In this document: positions 10,123-19,712 of the stretch, piece by piece
How the letters are laid out: the number at the start of each line of letters is the position of its first letter
Position numbering within the stretch: position 1 is the first letter of the stretch
Assembly (NCBI GenBank): GCA_963743135.1
Contig: CAVUON010000005.1
Location: 499,732-563,731 of the forward strand
Source of the DNA: an uncultured Acidobacteriaceae bacterium
GTDB taxonomy: Bacteria > Acidobacteriota > Terriglobia > Terriglobales > Acidobacteriaceae
Direction: 5' to 3'
Length of the DNA: 64,000 nucleotides
Notes under the pieces: model-generated
Told to the model about the DNA's origin: nothing
The model's input: only the letters and a program-made list of their open reading frames with translations
Database searches by the model: none
Made by a program: the position numbers and the translations under genes

Positions 10123-10781
10123 TTCTCGCGCGAAGCCTGAATGATATCGAGATAGGCGCGGGCGGTTTTGGTGATGGACTCCGGTTTGCCCTCGGCAATT
10201 GCGGCTGTGTTCACCAGGTCTGAGCCGACGCCGAGCGCACATGCTCCGGCCTTTAGAAATTCAGCCGCGGTTTGCAGCGTTACTCCGCCGGTCGGAATCA
10301 GTTTCAGATCGGGGAAGGGGGCGCGCAACGCCTTGAGATAGCTCGCTCCGCCCATTGCGGAGCAGGGAAAGACTTTCACATAATCGGCGCCAGCTCTCCA
10401 TGCGGTGATGACTTCGGTCGGTGTCAGCGCGCCGGGAATGGAAACCTTGCCGAGCTGTTTGGTCTTCGCGATCACATCCGGATGCAGGCTTGGGCTGACG
10501 ACAAACTCCGCGCCAGCATCGATGGTGGCTTCGGCCTGCGCCGCGTCGGTGACGGTTCCGGAACCGAGTAGAAGGCTATCGCCGTGACGCTGCTTCAGCT
10601 CGCGCAGCAGTCGCAGCGCGTTTGGAACCGTCATTGTCACTTCGACGACGGTGACGCCTCCAGCCATCATCGCATCGACCAGGGAGTGGCCTTCTTCGAC
10701 GGAGCGAGCGCGCAGAACGGGGATGAGTCCGATTTGCTCGAGGGTTTGTTTAGTTAGCAACGATGATTCTGCTGCTTTCAT
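10119..10781 (-). CDS. eda: 2-dehydro-3-deoxyphosphogluconate / 4-hydroxy-2-oxoglutarate aldolase
   Basis: IPVLR, VVEVTM, GSGTV, FVVSP, VKVFP, PTGGV motifs of KDPG aldolase. Confidence 0.85.
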   Translation of the reverse strand: MKAAESSLLTKQTLEQIGLIPVLRARSVEEGHSLVDAMMAGGVTVVEVTMTVPNALRLLRELKQRHGDSLLLGSGTVTDAAQAEATIDAGAEFVVSPSLHPDVIAKTKQLGKVSIPGALTPTEVITAWRAGADYVKVFPCSAMGGASYLKALRAPFPDLKLIPTGGVTLQTAAEFLKAGACALGVGSDLVNTAAIAEGKPESITKTARAYLDIIQASREK

Positions 10782-11878
10782 TAACGCTCAATTCTGGCGG
10801 AGCTGCCCTTCATGACCCGCTCCACTTCGGCCTGCGTTGCCATACTGGTGTCGCCTGCGGTGGTCATGGCGAGGGCGCCGTGCGCTACGCCGCAGCGCAG
10901 GGCCCACTCGACGGGGTTACCGGAGAGGAGTCCGTAGATTAGGCCGGACGCGAAGGAATCTCCGCCGCCGACGCGGTCGAGAATGTCAATGTCTTGCTGC
11001 GCGACGTGCACGATCTCATCCTGATAAAGCGCGATTGCGCCCCACGCGTTCCGGATGGCGGTGTGTGCTGTGCGGAGGGTGGTCGCAATCATGCGAACGT
11101 TAGGATATGCAGCGGCGACCTCACGCAACATTTTCTCGTAGCTGGCAATGGGCAGTTCATGAAAGTTTTCGCCGACGCCTTCGAGTGAGACGCCGAGCAT
11201 TGCCGAGAAGTCCTCTTCGTTGCCGAGGAGCAAGTCAACCTTGCGCACCAGCTCTCGATTGACCTCCTGAGCCTTTATCTTCCCGCCGATGCTCTTCCAG
11301 AGGGAGTCGCGATAGTTCAGGTCGAACGAGACTGGGGTTCCATGCTTGCGCGCTGAATCCATGGCCTCGACGGCTACTTCAGGCGTCGATGCGGAGAGCG
11401 CGGCGAAGATTCCTCCGGTATGGAACCAGCGCGATCCGTTCTCCGACCCGAAGATTCCGTCCCAGTCGAAGTCGCCGCGCTTTACCTGCGAAATTGCTGT
11501 GTGTCCACGGTCGGAACATCCGGCGGCGGCCCGCAATCCGAAGCCGCGCTCTGTGAAATTCAGGCCATTGCGAACGGTGCGGCCAACGCCGTCGTAGGGA
11601 ACCCAGCGAATCAGCGACGGATCGACGCCGCCCTGCAGGATCAGGTCCTCGGCTAAACGTCCCACGGCGTTGTCGGCGAACGCAGTTACGATTCCGGTGT
11701 GGAGTCCGAAGCAGCGCCGGAGGCCGCGGGCTACGTTATATTCGCCGCCTCCTTCCCAGACGTTGAAGTGCCGCGTGGTGTGAATCCGGCCTTCGCCCGG
11801 ATCGAGCCGCAGCATGACTTCGCCCAGACTGAGGCTGTCCCAGCGGCACTTGCCGGCCTTGTGAACGATTGGGTTCAT
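10781..11878 (-). CDS. kdgK: PfkB-family sugar kinase, 2-dehydro-3-deoxygluconokinase-like
   Basis: GGGEYNVA and GGGDSFASG ribokinase-family motifs. Its stop overlaps the eda start by 1 nt. Start placed at ATG 11878 (MNPIVHK). Confidence 0.75.
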   Translation of the reverse strand: MNPIVHKAGKCRWDSLSLGEVMLRLDPGEGRIHTTRHFNVWEGGGEYNVARGLRRCFGLHTGIVTAFADNAVGRLAEDLILQGGVDPSLIRWVPYDGVGRTVRNGLNFTERGFGLRAAAGCSDRGHTAISQVKRGDFDWDGIFGSENGSRWFHTGGIFAALSASTPEVAVEAMDSARKHGTPVSFDLNYRDSLWKSIGGKIKAQEVNRELVRKVDLLLGNEEDFSAMLGVSLEGVGENFHELPIASYEKMLREVAAAYPNVRMIATTLRTAHTAIRNAWGAIALYQDEIVHVAQQDIDILDRVGGGDSFASGLIYGLLSGNPVEWALRCGVAHGALAMTTAGDTSMATQAEVERVMKGSSARIER

Positions 11879-11964
11879 TTCTGGAGTGCTTCCTTGGGTT
11901 TGGGGAGGGTTTCGTGCAGCAGGGAGGGCGAGAACCGCATAGAGAACATCGTAAATCAATGAGT

Positions 11965-11988
11965 TCTATTGTGGGCGCAGCAGGGTCG
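11965..11988. repeat. Direct repeat of the tRNA-Val 3' end (putative distal att site of the island)
   Basis: TCTATTGTGGGCGCAGCAGGG-TCG here versus TCTATGGTGGGCGCAGCAGGGATCG at 27884-27908, same orientation. Exact 15-nt core; 23 of 24 aligned positions identical plus one 1-nt gap. Confidence 0.7.
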
Positions 11989-12200
11989 CTGGCACGATGA
12001 AGTGCGACCGAAGCCCACGATAGTCGATTTTCTATGCGAGATCGGGCGGTATGCCGAGTTGCTTGAGAACGTCGACCGGAAACCAGTACGAGACGCGGCC
12101 TGGACTTAGACCATCAGTGACGCCTGTGCAATTCAGCATTCCGCAGGCAGCCGCGACGCAGAGATAATCTTTGCGATTCGTCTGCCGGAGTCGGACGTGA

Positions 12201-14894
12201 CTACTCCGTTCTCAGCGTCTCGACGAGATCTACTGCGGCAGCGCGCCGCGCGGGAAGATAGCTGCTTAGCAGTGCAACTCCGGTCAGGACGAACGGCACC
12301 GTGATATAGGTAAACGGATCCAGCGGGCTGATGCCGTAGAGCAGGGAACTCATCAGCTGCATCAGCAGCGCCGCTGCGCACACTCCGATCCCCACACCGG
12401 CGCCTGTCATCACCAGTGCCGATCGCACAAACATCCAGCTTAGCTTGCTCCTTTGCGCGCCCAGCGCCAGCCGGATTCCAATTTCGCGCGTTCGCTGCGA
12501 AACAGTGTACGAGACGACTCCGTAGATGCCGATAATGCTGAGAGCGAGCGCCATTACGCCGGCAATGATCAACATGACCAGCGTAAAGGACGTGCGCGCC
12601 AGCGACTGCCCATAGATCTCCTGCATGGTGCGCACCGATGCCAGGGGCAGGTTCGCGTTGACTGACCAGACTGCCTGCTGCATCTGGCTGAGAAAACCTC
12701 CAGTACCGGCACGGCTGCTGTGAATGACATAAGTGACATACCGGAGGCCGTCCATTATGGGCGGGTCTGCATACCGGTCGTAGAAGATGGCGGGCCAGTA
12801 GATGATGGCCGGGGCCTTCTCATCGACTCCGTGGACGCGAACGTCTTCGACAACGCCGATGACCTCCTGCCACGGCGAGCCTTGATACTTTCGGACGCGT
12901 TTGCCGATGGCCGCGGAGGGCGAACCCCACGACTCGCGTGCAAAATTTTCCGAGACGATGACCCTCGGTCTGAGGTTGTAGAGATCAGTCCAGGTGAAGT
13001 CGCGGCCCGCCGTGAGGCGCGTTCCCATCGTATGGAAGTATCCAGGCGAAACATAGTTGTAGAGCCGCAGCGGCGGTTCTCCGCTTTCGTAGATCTTGCC
13101 CTCGACGCCAATCTCGTCCCAATTAGGGTCATTTCCGTCCATCGGGACCGCCGCGGCAAAGCCGATGGAGGAGACTCCGGGGATGGCGGCGAGCTGATCG
13201 GCGATGGTGTTCTGGGTGCGTGCGACCAGGTGCGGGTCAGCGATGAGTGAATCGGGAATCGAGATGCTCATGGTCTCGACACGCTCGGCGTCAGCAAAGC
13301 CTGGCTCGACGTTGCGCAGAGCGATGAAGGTTCGGATCATGAGCAGCGCGCTGATCAGCAGCACGAGCGCCATGGCCACCTGGGCGACCACTAGCACGTT
13401 GCGCGAGCGTTGATGCGTGCGGTCGGCGCTGGCGGTACGGCTCACGCCGCCCATGGCCAGAGCAGTCCGCGAACGTGCGTACTTGAACGCCGGAATAGAG
13501 CCGAAGAACAATCCGGAGAAAACCGCAAGCAGCAGCGTGAAGCCGAGCGAGCGCGCGTCGAGAGCAATCTCGCTCATGCGGGGCAAATTGGCGGGGCCGG
13601 TGGAAATCAGAATTCGCAGTCCGGCCTCGGCAACGGCGATGGCGAGCACGCCGCCGAGGACGCCGAGGGAAACGCTCTCGAGCAGCAGCTCGCGAGCGAT
13701 GCGCGCCCGCCCTGCGCCCAGCGCGGACCGGATGGAAAGCTCTTGCTGGCGCGATTCCGCGCGGACCATTAGCAGATTCGCAATGTTGGCGCAGGCGATC
13801 AGCATGACGACGCCGACAGTCGCCAGGACGAGCCACAAGACGCTGCCGATGTTGCCGATGACCTGCTGTTTCAGCGAATGGAAATTCGGCGAGATCCGCC
13901 AGATTTTGTAGTAGTGCGGGTTGGTGCCGGGACCGTTCGACCAGGAATCCATCCAGACCGGGAGCAGGCGTGCGATGTCGGCGTCAGCCTCAGCCAGCGA
14001 AATCCCCGGCTTCAGGCGGCCAATGCCGTCGTATCCAAACCCGGCCAGTTTCTCATTCACCGGATCCAGAGCCAGCGGTGCAAGGAGATCGAAGTCACGA
14101 TCGACCAGCCGGAACCCGCGCGGCATCACACCGACGATCTCTCGCGGCTGCGCATCCACTTGCAGAGTGCGGCCGATCGCACTGCGGTCTCCGCCAAAAT
14201 GGCGCTGCCAGTAGCCGTAGCTCAGCATCACGGTCTTTGCGCCGCGCGGATCCTGGTCCGCCGCAGAGAGCCAGCGGCCGGCAACGGGCGGAACTTCCAG
14301 CGTCTGCAGCACTCCGTCACTCACCAGCGCCGCGCGCACCTGCTCGGGCTGAGCCTGGCCGGTGACGTTGGCCGTGCCTGTCGTCCATATCCCCATCGAT
14401 TCGAATGTGCGGTTGTGCTCGGAGAAGGTGAAATACATGGACGCGGACAGTTGAAGGCCGCTGGAAAAGTTGGCCAGGCCGCCGGCGCCCGGAGCATTCA
14501 GCCACAGAGACACCAGCCGGTCTGAGTCCGGATAAGGCAGCGGCCGCAAAAGAACACGATTGACCACGCTGAAGACCGCAGTATTGGCGCCGATCCCGAT
14601 TGCGAGCGTCAGAAGAACGGTCACCGTAAATCCAGGCGACTTTCCCAGACGCCGAAAGACGAGCCTGAGATCGGTGAGCACGGATTCCAGCGCAGCCCAT
14701 TGCCAGACTTCACGCCCGCGCTCCTGAATCAGAGTCACGTTGCCGAATTCACGCCGCGCCGCCTGCTCGGCCTCTTTGCGCGGCATGCCGTCCTCCATCA
14801 ATTCCTCGGTTCTCTCATCGATGTGTTCCTGGATGGAGACGGAAAGATCGTCGTAGCGACGGCTGCGTCCGAAGAGCCGATTGAGAGTCCGCAT
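12201..14894 (-). CDS. Duplicated MacB/FtsX-type ABC permease ('ADOP' family)
   Basis: N-terminal MRTLNRLFGRSRRYDDL...REFGN leader, two MacB_PCD + FtsX modules, C-terminus ...LPARRAAAVDLVETLRTE. Start at ATG 14894. Confidence 0.85.
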   Translation of the reverse strand: MRTLNRLFGRSRRYDDLSVSIQEHIDERTEELMEDGMPRKEAEQAARREFGNVTLIQERGREVWQWAALESVLTDLRLVFRRLGKSPGFTVTVLLTLAIGIGANTAVFSVVNRVLLRPLPYPDSDRLVSLWLNAPGAGGLANFSSGLQLSASMYFTFSEHNRTFESMGIWTTGTANVTGQAQPEQVRAALVSDGVLQTLEVPPVAGRWLSAADQDPRGAKTVMLSYGYWQRHFGGDRSAIGRTLQVDAQPREIVGVMPRGFRLVDRDFDLLAPLALDPVNEKLAGFGYDGIGRLKPGISLAEADADIARLLPVWMDSWSNGPGTNPHYYKIWRISPNFHSLKQQVIGNIGSVLWLVLATVGVVMLIACANIANLLMVRAESRQQELSIRSALGAGRARIARELLLESVSLGVLGGVLAIAVAEAGLRILISTGPANLPRMSEIALDARSLGFTLLLAVFSGLFFGSIPAFKYARSRTALAMGGVSRTASADRTHQRSRNVLVVAQVAMALVLLISALLMIRTFIALRNVEPGFADAERVETMSISIPDSLIADPHLVARTQNTIADQLAAIPGVSSIGFAAAVPMDGNDPNWDEIGVEGKIYESGEPPLRLYNYVSPGYFHTMGTRLTAGRDFTWTDLYNLRPRVIVSENFARESWGSPSAAIGKRVRKYQGSPWQEVIGVVEDVRVHGVDEKAPAIIYWPAIFYDRYADPPIMDGLRYVTYVIHSSRAGTGGFLSQMQQAVWSVNANLPLASVRTMQEIYGQSLARTSFTLVMLIIAGVMALALSIIGIYGVVSYTVSQRTREIGIRLALGAQRSKLSWMFVRSALVMTGAGVGIGVCAAALLMQLMSSLLYGISPLDPFTYITVPFVLTGVALLSSYLPARRAAAVDLVETLRTE

Positions 14895-14904
14895 GCCCGA
14901 CCTC

Positions 14905-15249
14905 CTACGCTTTGGCTGTCGCCAGTACGCGCGTGATTCCGGAGAACATTCTTTCAAAGCTGACCACTTCCTGCTCCAGATGCCCTATGCCCGCGTGAGT
15001 CAGCCGGTAGATTCGGGTGGGACGGCCCTTGGCGGACATACCCGTCTCCGATTCGAGCCACCCCTCCCGCAGCATCCGTTGCAGAGCGGGGTACAGCGAT
15101 CCTTCCTCCACCTGGAGCAGATCGCCCGATACCTGCTTTATGTGTTTCATCAGGGCATATCCATGCATCGGCTTAAGGCGCAGGGATTGCAGGATCATGA
15201 TCTCGAGGGCGCCGGGGAAAAGGTCGCGGTGTTCGGGATTCTTCGCCAT
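14905..15249 (-). CDS. PadR-family transcriptional regulator
   Basis: ILQSLRLKPMHGYAL...EGSLYPALQRM winged-helix signature. Lies immediately upstream of the permease. Confidence 0.85.
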   Translation of the reverse strand: MAKNPEHRDLFPGALEIMILQSLRLKPMHGYALMKHIKQVSGDLLQVEEGSLYPALQRMLREGWLESETGMSAKGRPTRIYRLTHAGIGHLEQEVVSFERMFSGITRVLATAKA

Positions 15250-15347
15250 GGATGTAATTATGATATAAAATACCTATTTTTACAATAGTAATGCTAAATC
15301 ATGCGATACGCGTTCTCTATCTTGCCGCGTGGTCCCTATTTCATAGC

Positions 15348-16364
15348 TCACTGGCTGCCGAGCGCCAACAGAACAATCGCTCCTGCTAAGCTCACAAGCC
15401 CTGATCCCAGCGAGAATACGGCGTCACGAGGCGCGTGTTTCCATTCACCAGTTAAGATTCCCGATAACGTTGCTGTCAGTATCATGAAAATCTGCAACAA
15501 GCCCCATCCAACGGACGTTCCGAAGGCGCCAAGGTAGATTGCACTCATTCCGTACAGCGCAAAGGCTCCCATCCACAGCGCCCCCATCAGAGAAGACCAG
15601 AAAAGGTCAGCAGTCGCAGAGCGAAACAAAGGCCAGGTCTGTTTTTTTGAAATTAGATACAGGCTGTAAGCAATGTTTGGAACAAAACCACCCGCGAGCG
15701 CGACAGGCCAGATAGCATAGGCTGCATGCGTGTCTGAATTTCCCATTCGAAGAGCCTGTTGTGCTATGTCTTGTCCAAAGGCGAAGGAATAGTTCAGCAT
15801 GGGCGCCATAACGCCGCAGAGGATGGCGAGAAATATCGCCGCTCGATAGCCTCGATGGGCTGGAATTGTGCGGGAGGGGCTGTCGGCGACGCTCTCTCGA
15901 AGCCTGCCGCCGTGCGCCGTCAAAACGATTCCAAGAGCCATCACCGCCACTCCGCCTACAATCAACCCTATAGAATGTCGGCTCGCCATTGCGCGCTGCT
16001 GTACGAACAACGGGACGAGCGTTCCCAATGCCGCGCTTAGTCCGACGATGATGGCATAAGCGATGCCCAACCCCAGACGGTCCACGGAAAGGCCAAACAG
16101 AATCTGCGCGACGCCCCAGCCGGCTCCCAGAAGCACGGGAACCGCGAGCTGTTGCGGAGAGAGAGCACCATATATCTGAACGAGATGTTGAACCAGCACG
16201 AAAGCGAGGGCCCAGGGCACTATGACGAGCGAGGTGATACTGAAGACCAGCCACGCATTCTCCCATTTCCACGCGCGAAGAAATTTGAGAGGAAGCATGC
16301 AATTGCCGGCCATCAATCCGGCGATCATGGTGACTGCAATTCCTGTTGCCAGAGACGGGTCCAC
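15348..16364 (-). CDS. RhaT-family sugar:H+ symporter (deoxy-hexose transporter, possibly L-fucose/L-rhamnose)
   Basis: 10-TM protein resembling RhaT (KFLRAWKWENAWLVFS, GAGWGVAQILFGL). GTG start abuts the fucD stop. Confidence 0.7.
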   Translation of the reverse strand: MDPSLATGIAVTMIAGLMAGNCMLPLKFLRAWKWENAWLVFSITSLVIVPWALAFVLVQHLVQIYGALSPQQLAVPVLLGAGWGVAQILFGLSVDRLGLGIAYAIIVGLSAALGTLVPLFVQQRAMASRHSIGLIVGGVAVMALGIVLTAHGGRLRESVADSPSRTIPAHRGYRAAIFLAILCGVMAPMLNYSFAFGQDIAQQALRMGNSDTHAAYAIWPVALAGGFVPNIAYSLYLISKKQTWPLFRSATADLFWSSLMGALWMGAFALYGMSAIYLGAFGTSVGWGLLQIFMILTATLSGILTGEWKHAPRDAVFSLGSGLVSLAGAIVLLALGSQ

Positions 16365-17615
16365 TCAGCAACTCTCGATCGTGACCTTCAACTCGGAGGA
16401 TGCGCCTGGGTCCTGGGGTGTTTCGTAGCGACCGCCCCTGACTTGCGCGGGATGGACGAAATGGCTGCCCAGATGTGGAATGTGTTCGAGGAACAACGCC
16501 TCATGTCCGAGTGCAATGTGATTGAACAGTGCAAGATGTTGATGCACCTGTCCCATGTCGCCGACGTGGGGCACAATGGGGAATCCCATGGTCTTTGCGA
16601 GCAGACTGACAGTGAGGAATTCGGATACTCCGGCCAGTCTGGTGCAGTCCGCCTGCACATAGTGCAGGGCGCCGGATTGCAGAAAGTTTTTGAACATAAC
16701 GCGATTTGGAATATGCTCGCCCGCAGCAATTCTTAACGGAGCGATTTCATGCGCCAAAGCCACATGGGCATGAATGTCGTCCGGATGCGTGGGCTCTTCA
16801 ATCCATAGCGGACGAAATGCGGCCAGTGCGCGGCACATGCGCATAGCAGAAGGAAGGTTCCAATGCTGGTTTGCGTCGAACATGACTGTGCAGGAGTCGC
16901 CCACATATCGGCGAAGCATCTCCGCGCGGCGCAGATCGCGCTTCTCGTCAGCCGATCCAACTTTGAGCTTGAACGCCGTGAATCCCTGGTCGATTGCGCG
17001 TGCGGTCGATTCTCGCACTTTGTCATCGTCGTAAGCCATCCACCCCACGGACGTGTCATACCCTGGATAGCCGCTCGTGAGAAGAGACTCGCGTTGGACG
17101 CGGCTTGAAAGCTGGCTGCGCAGTAACTGGAGGGCGTCGCCGGCGCTCAATACGTCTTCGAGGTAGCTGAGGTCGAGGAGGCGCACAACTCCTTCTGGTG
17201 TGAGGTCAAGCAATAGCTTCCATAGCGGGACGCCGCGGTTCTTGGCCCATAGGTCGAAACAGGCATTGGTGATGGACTCCAGCGCAAGGTGAACCACACC
17301 TTTGTGAGGCCCGAGCCAGCGCAGGGATGGATCATCGGCCATTTGCCGGGAAACCGAGCCAAACTCCGTCATGAGATCTTCGATCGGCCTCCCGAGCAGC
17401 GGTTTCGCGAGCAACTCGATTGCGTCGCAAACCAGGCGGTTTCCTTCGCCGAGCGTAAGAGCAATCCCCGTCCCGCAAACGTTGTTTTGGCTTTTGAGCA
17501 GCGTTGTGGCGAAACAGTATTGAGGATTGGTATGGGCGGCGTCCGACCCAGCCCCCGATGGCAAAGAAAACCGCGCGTCATACGTCGAAAGAGAAGCAAT
17601 GTTATAGTCCGGCAT
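16365..17615 (-). CDS. fucD: L-fuconate dehydratase (enolase superfamily, MR subgroup)
   Basis: Close resemblance to FucD/ENOSF1-type proteins (DARFSLP, SDAAHTNPQY, FKLKVG, MFDANQ, IEEPT). Confidence 0.8.
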   Translation of the reverse strand: MPDYNIASLSTYDARFSLPSGAGSDAAHTNPQYCFATTLLKSQNNVCGTGIALTLGEGNRLVCDAIELLAKPLLGRPIEDLMTEFGSVSRQMADDPSLRWLGPHKGVVHLALESITNACFDLWAKNRGVPLWKLLLDLTPEGVVRLLDLSYLEDVLSAGDALQLLRSQLSSRVQRESLLTSGYPGYDTSVGWMAYDDDKVRESTARAIDQGFTAFKLKVGSADEKRDLRRAEMLRRYVGDSCTVMFDANQHWNLPSAMRMCRALAAFRPLWIEEPTHPDDIHAHVALAHEIAPLRIAAGEHIPNRVMFKNFLQSGALHYVQADCTRLAGVSEFLTVSLLAKTMGFPIVPHVGDMGQVHQHLALFNHIALGHEALFLEHIPHLGSHFVHPAQVRGGRYETPQDPGASSELKVTIESC

Positions 17616-17704
17616 CGTTGTCCGTTCTGGTTACAGCCTCTAGCCAAGCTCTGCTCCGCCATCACGGGCAGAATGCGGCCAGAGATGAATTGAGACCTCG
17701 ATGA

Positions 17705-18550
17705 TCAAATACCCAACAAAATTACTGGGCCGCGGAGGTATGCAATCTGGCAGAGTGCCACGAGCCGCTCTTCCGGTTGGTTGAAGGCCTGCGCGAGCCG
17801 GGAGGAAGAACGGCGGAGAAGATGTACGGAGCGCCCGGATGGGTGGCGCACGTCTCGACGAATGCTTGGGGATTTACCGCTCCGGGCGGAGGGCTCGGCT
17901 GGGGCCTGTTTGTAACGGGCGGCGTGTGGATCGCCTCGCAGATGTGGCGACACTACCAATTTACGCAGGATGCCGGGTTTCTTCGGCAGCGCGCCTATCC
18001 GGTCCTGAAAGACGCCGCGGAGTTCTACCTGGCGTATATGGTGACGCACCCGAGGTATGGCTGGCTGGTGACGGGGCCCTCGGAGTCGCCGGAAAACTGG
18101 TTTCTTACGCCGGAGGGCAAGACGTGCAGCGTGTCGATGGGGCCGACCTGCGACAGCGTTCTGGTCTATGCGCTATTCAGCGCGTGCATGGAGGCTTCGA
18201 TGATTCTCGGGATCGATCCAGAGTTTCGCAGCCGGCTTGAAGCGGCACGCGCAAAACTGCCGCCGCTGCAGATTGGCAGGCATGGCCAGCTTCAGGAATG
18301 GCTTGAGGATTTTGCGGAGGCGCAGCCGAACCACCGGCATACCTCGCACTTGATCGCCCTATATCCCGACAATCAGATTTCGCCCTACAAAACGCCGGCC
18401 CTTGCTGAGGCCGCCCGTGTAACCATCGAACGCCGCATCAACCACCCGGACTGGGAAGACACCGAATGGACCCGCGCCAACTTTATGAACTACTATGCGC
18501 GGCTTCTGGACGGAAACGCAGCCCATCTCCACGCGCAGGCCTTCGAGTAG
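17705..18550 (+). pseudogene. GH95 alpha-L-fucosidase, 3' fragment only (~280 of ~800 aa)
   Basis: Homology begins right after an in-frame TGA (17702-17704), inside the conserved NTQQNYWAAEVCNLAECHEPLF block, and runs to a normal C-terminus. There is no room for the N-terminal ~500 aa because the fucD start is at 17615. Confidence 0.75.
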
Positions 18551-18653
18551 CTATATCGCACTTCTGGGAAGTGCTGGTAAGAGTTCAGGGGCCGTCCATG
18601 AAAATTGACTTTCAGCCCCGAAATCGTATCAGGATTAGTGTGTTCCCCCCACT

Positions 18654-19481
18654 CTAGGCGCGCAAGGCTCCAGCGCCATACTTCTTAGCAGCCTTCCTCT
18701 CGCCTGGGATTGCGGGATGCGGAGTGCCTCCGATTGCTTCAGAGAGTCGGAGGCTGGCTTGCCGCAATGCTGCGTGAACGTTCTTGGTCGTCGTCGACTC
18801 CTCAATTCTGGCCAGATAAGGCACGGTCAGCGCTGCCACTGCACTGCCACGCTCGTCCAGTACAGGGTATGTGATGTTGATTACACCGCGTATCTCATAG
18901 CTGTCGCGTTCTTCGTAGCCCTGCTCTTGTATCTTCCGCAGATGATCGTTGAGATCTCGGGGAGCCCGTTTTTGTGTAAGCTGTTGCCAGCTTTCGATAG
19001 CCCGTTCACGGGCATCCAGAGGCAAATGTGCGAGGATGACGTGGCCTGTAGCAGCGTGCATGAGATCGACCACCGCTCCCGCCTTGACGTAGAAACCGGG
19101 GCTGATAGGCGAATCGGCCTGCGCCACGATCACAACCTGTCCCGCCTCCAGCACGCCCAGGTGGCAGGACTGATGGATGACATGAACTACTTCCTGCATA
19201 ACAGGTAGTGCTTCGGAGACAAGGCGTTTTGCCGGGGGATATTCCAGCGACATGCGGAACATCTTAAGCGTCAGCCGGAAGCGGTCATTGTCGTCAACAC
19301 GCGCAATGTATCCGCGCACTTCAAGACAAAGAAGCATACGGAATATTTCAGAAACTGTACGGTTCAGGCGCCGCGCGACGTCACTCTTGGTCAGCCCCGT
19401 AGGCTCCTGTGTAAACAGTTCAAGAATATCCAGCCCTTTTTCCAGAGCGGGAGTGGGATAGTGTCGCTTACCTGTCTTCAA
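18654..19481 (-). CDS. IclR-family transcriptional regulator
   Basis: N-terminal wHTH (ALEKGLDILELF...LTKSDVARRLNRTVSEIFRML) plus an IclR effector domain. Confidence 0.85.
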   Translation of the reverse strand: MKTGKRHYPTPALEKGLDILELFTQEPTGLTKSDVARRLNRTVSEIFRMLLCLEVRGYIARVDDNDRFRLTLKMFRMSLEYPPAKRLVSEALPVMQEVVHVIHQSCHLGVLEAGQVVIVAQADSPISPGFYVKAGAVVDLMHAATGHVILAHLPLDARERAIESWQQLTQKRAPRDLNDHLRKIQEQGYEERDSYEIRGVINITYPVLDERGSAVAALTVPYLARIEESTTTKNVHAALRQASLRLSEAIGGTPHPAIPGERKAAKKYGAGALRA

Positions 19482-19712
19482 TGGACGTCCTGACGTGTTT
19501 GGTTTTTATTAGCAGAAATTGTAAGCCCGAATTGCGCGACAGGACAGAGTAGTTTTGTGCCAGTCAAAACACCGTTTAGCTTATAAAACCATTGGGCATT
19601 TTTTCTAGTTTCTAGGCTATTTTTATTAACAAAATATAGTTTTTACTTATAGAAGATCAAACATGCTGGACTGTGGAAGGCAGCAAGAAATTGGTCGCGG
19701 CAAATGGATCGT
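19482..19712. promoter_or_regulatory. Unusually AT-rich 231-bp intergenic region (iclR promoter / end of ligase cluster)
   Basis: Long A/T runs (TTTTTATTAACAAAATATAGTTTTTACTTATAGAAG) in an otherwise ~60% GC context. No specific operator identified. Confidence 0.3.
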
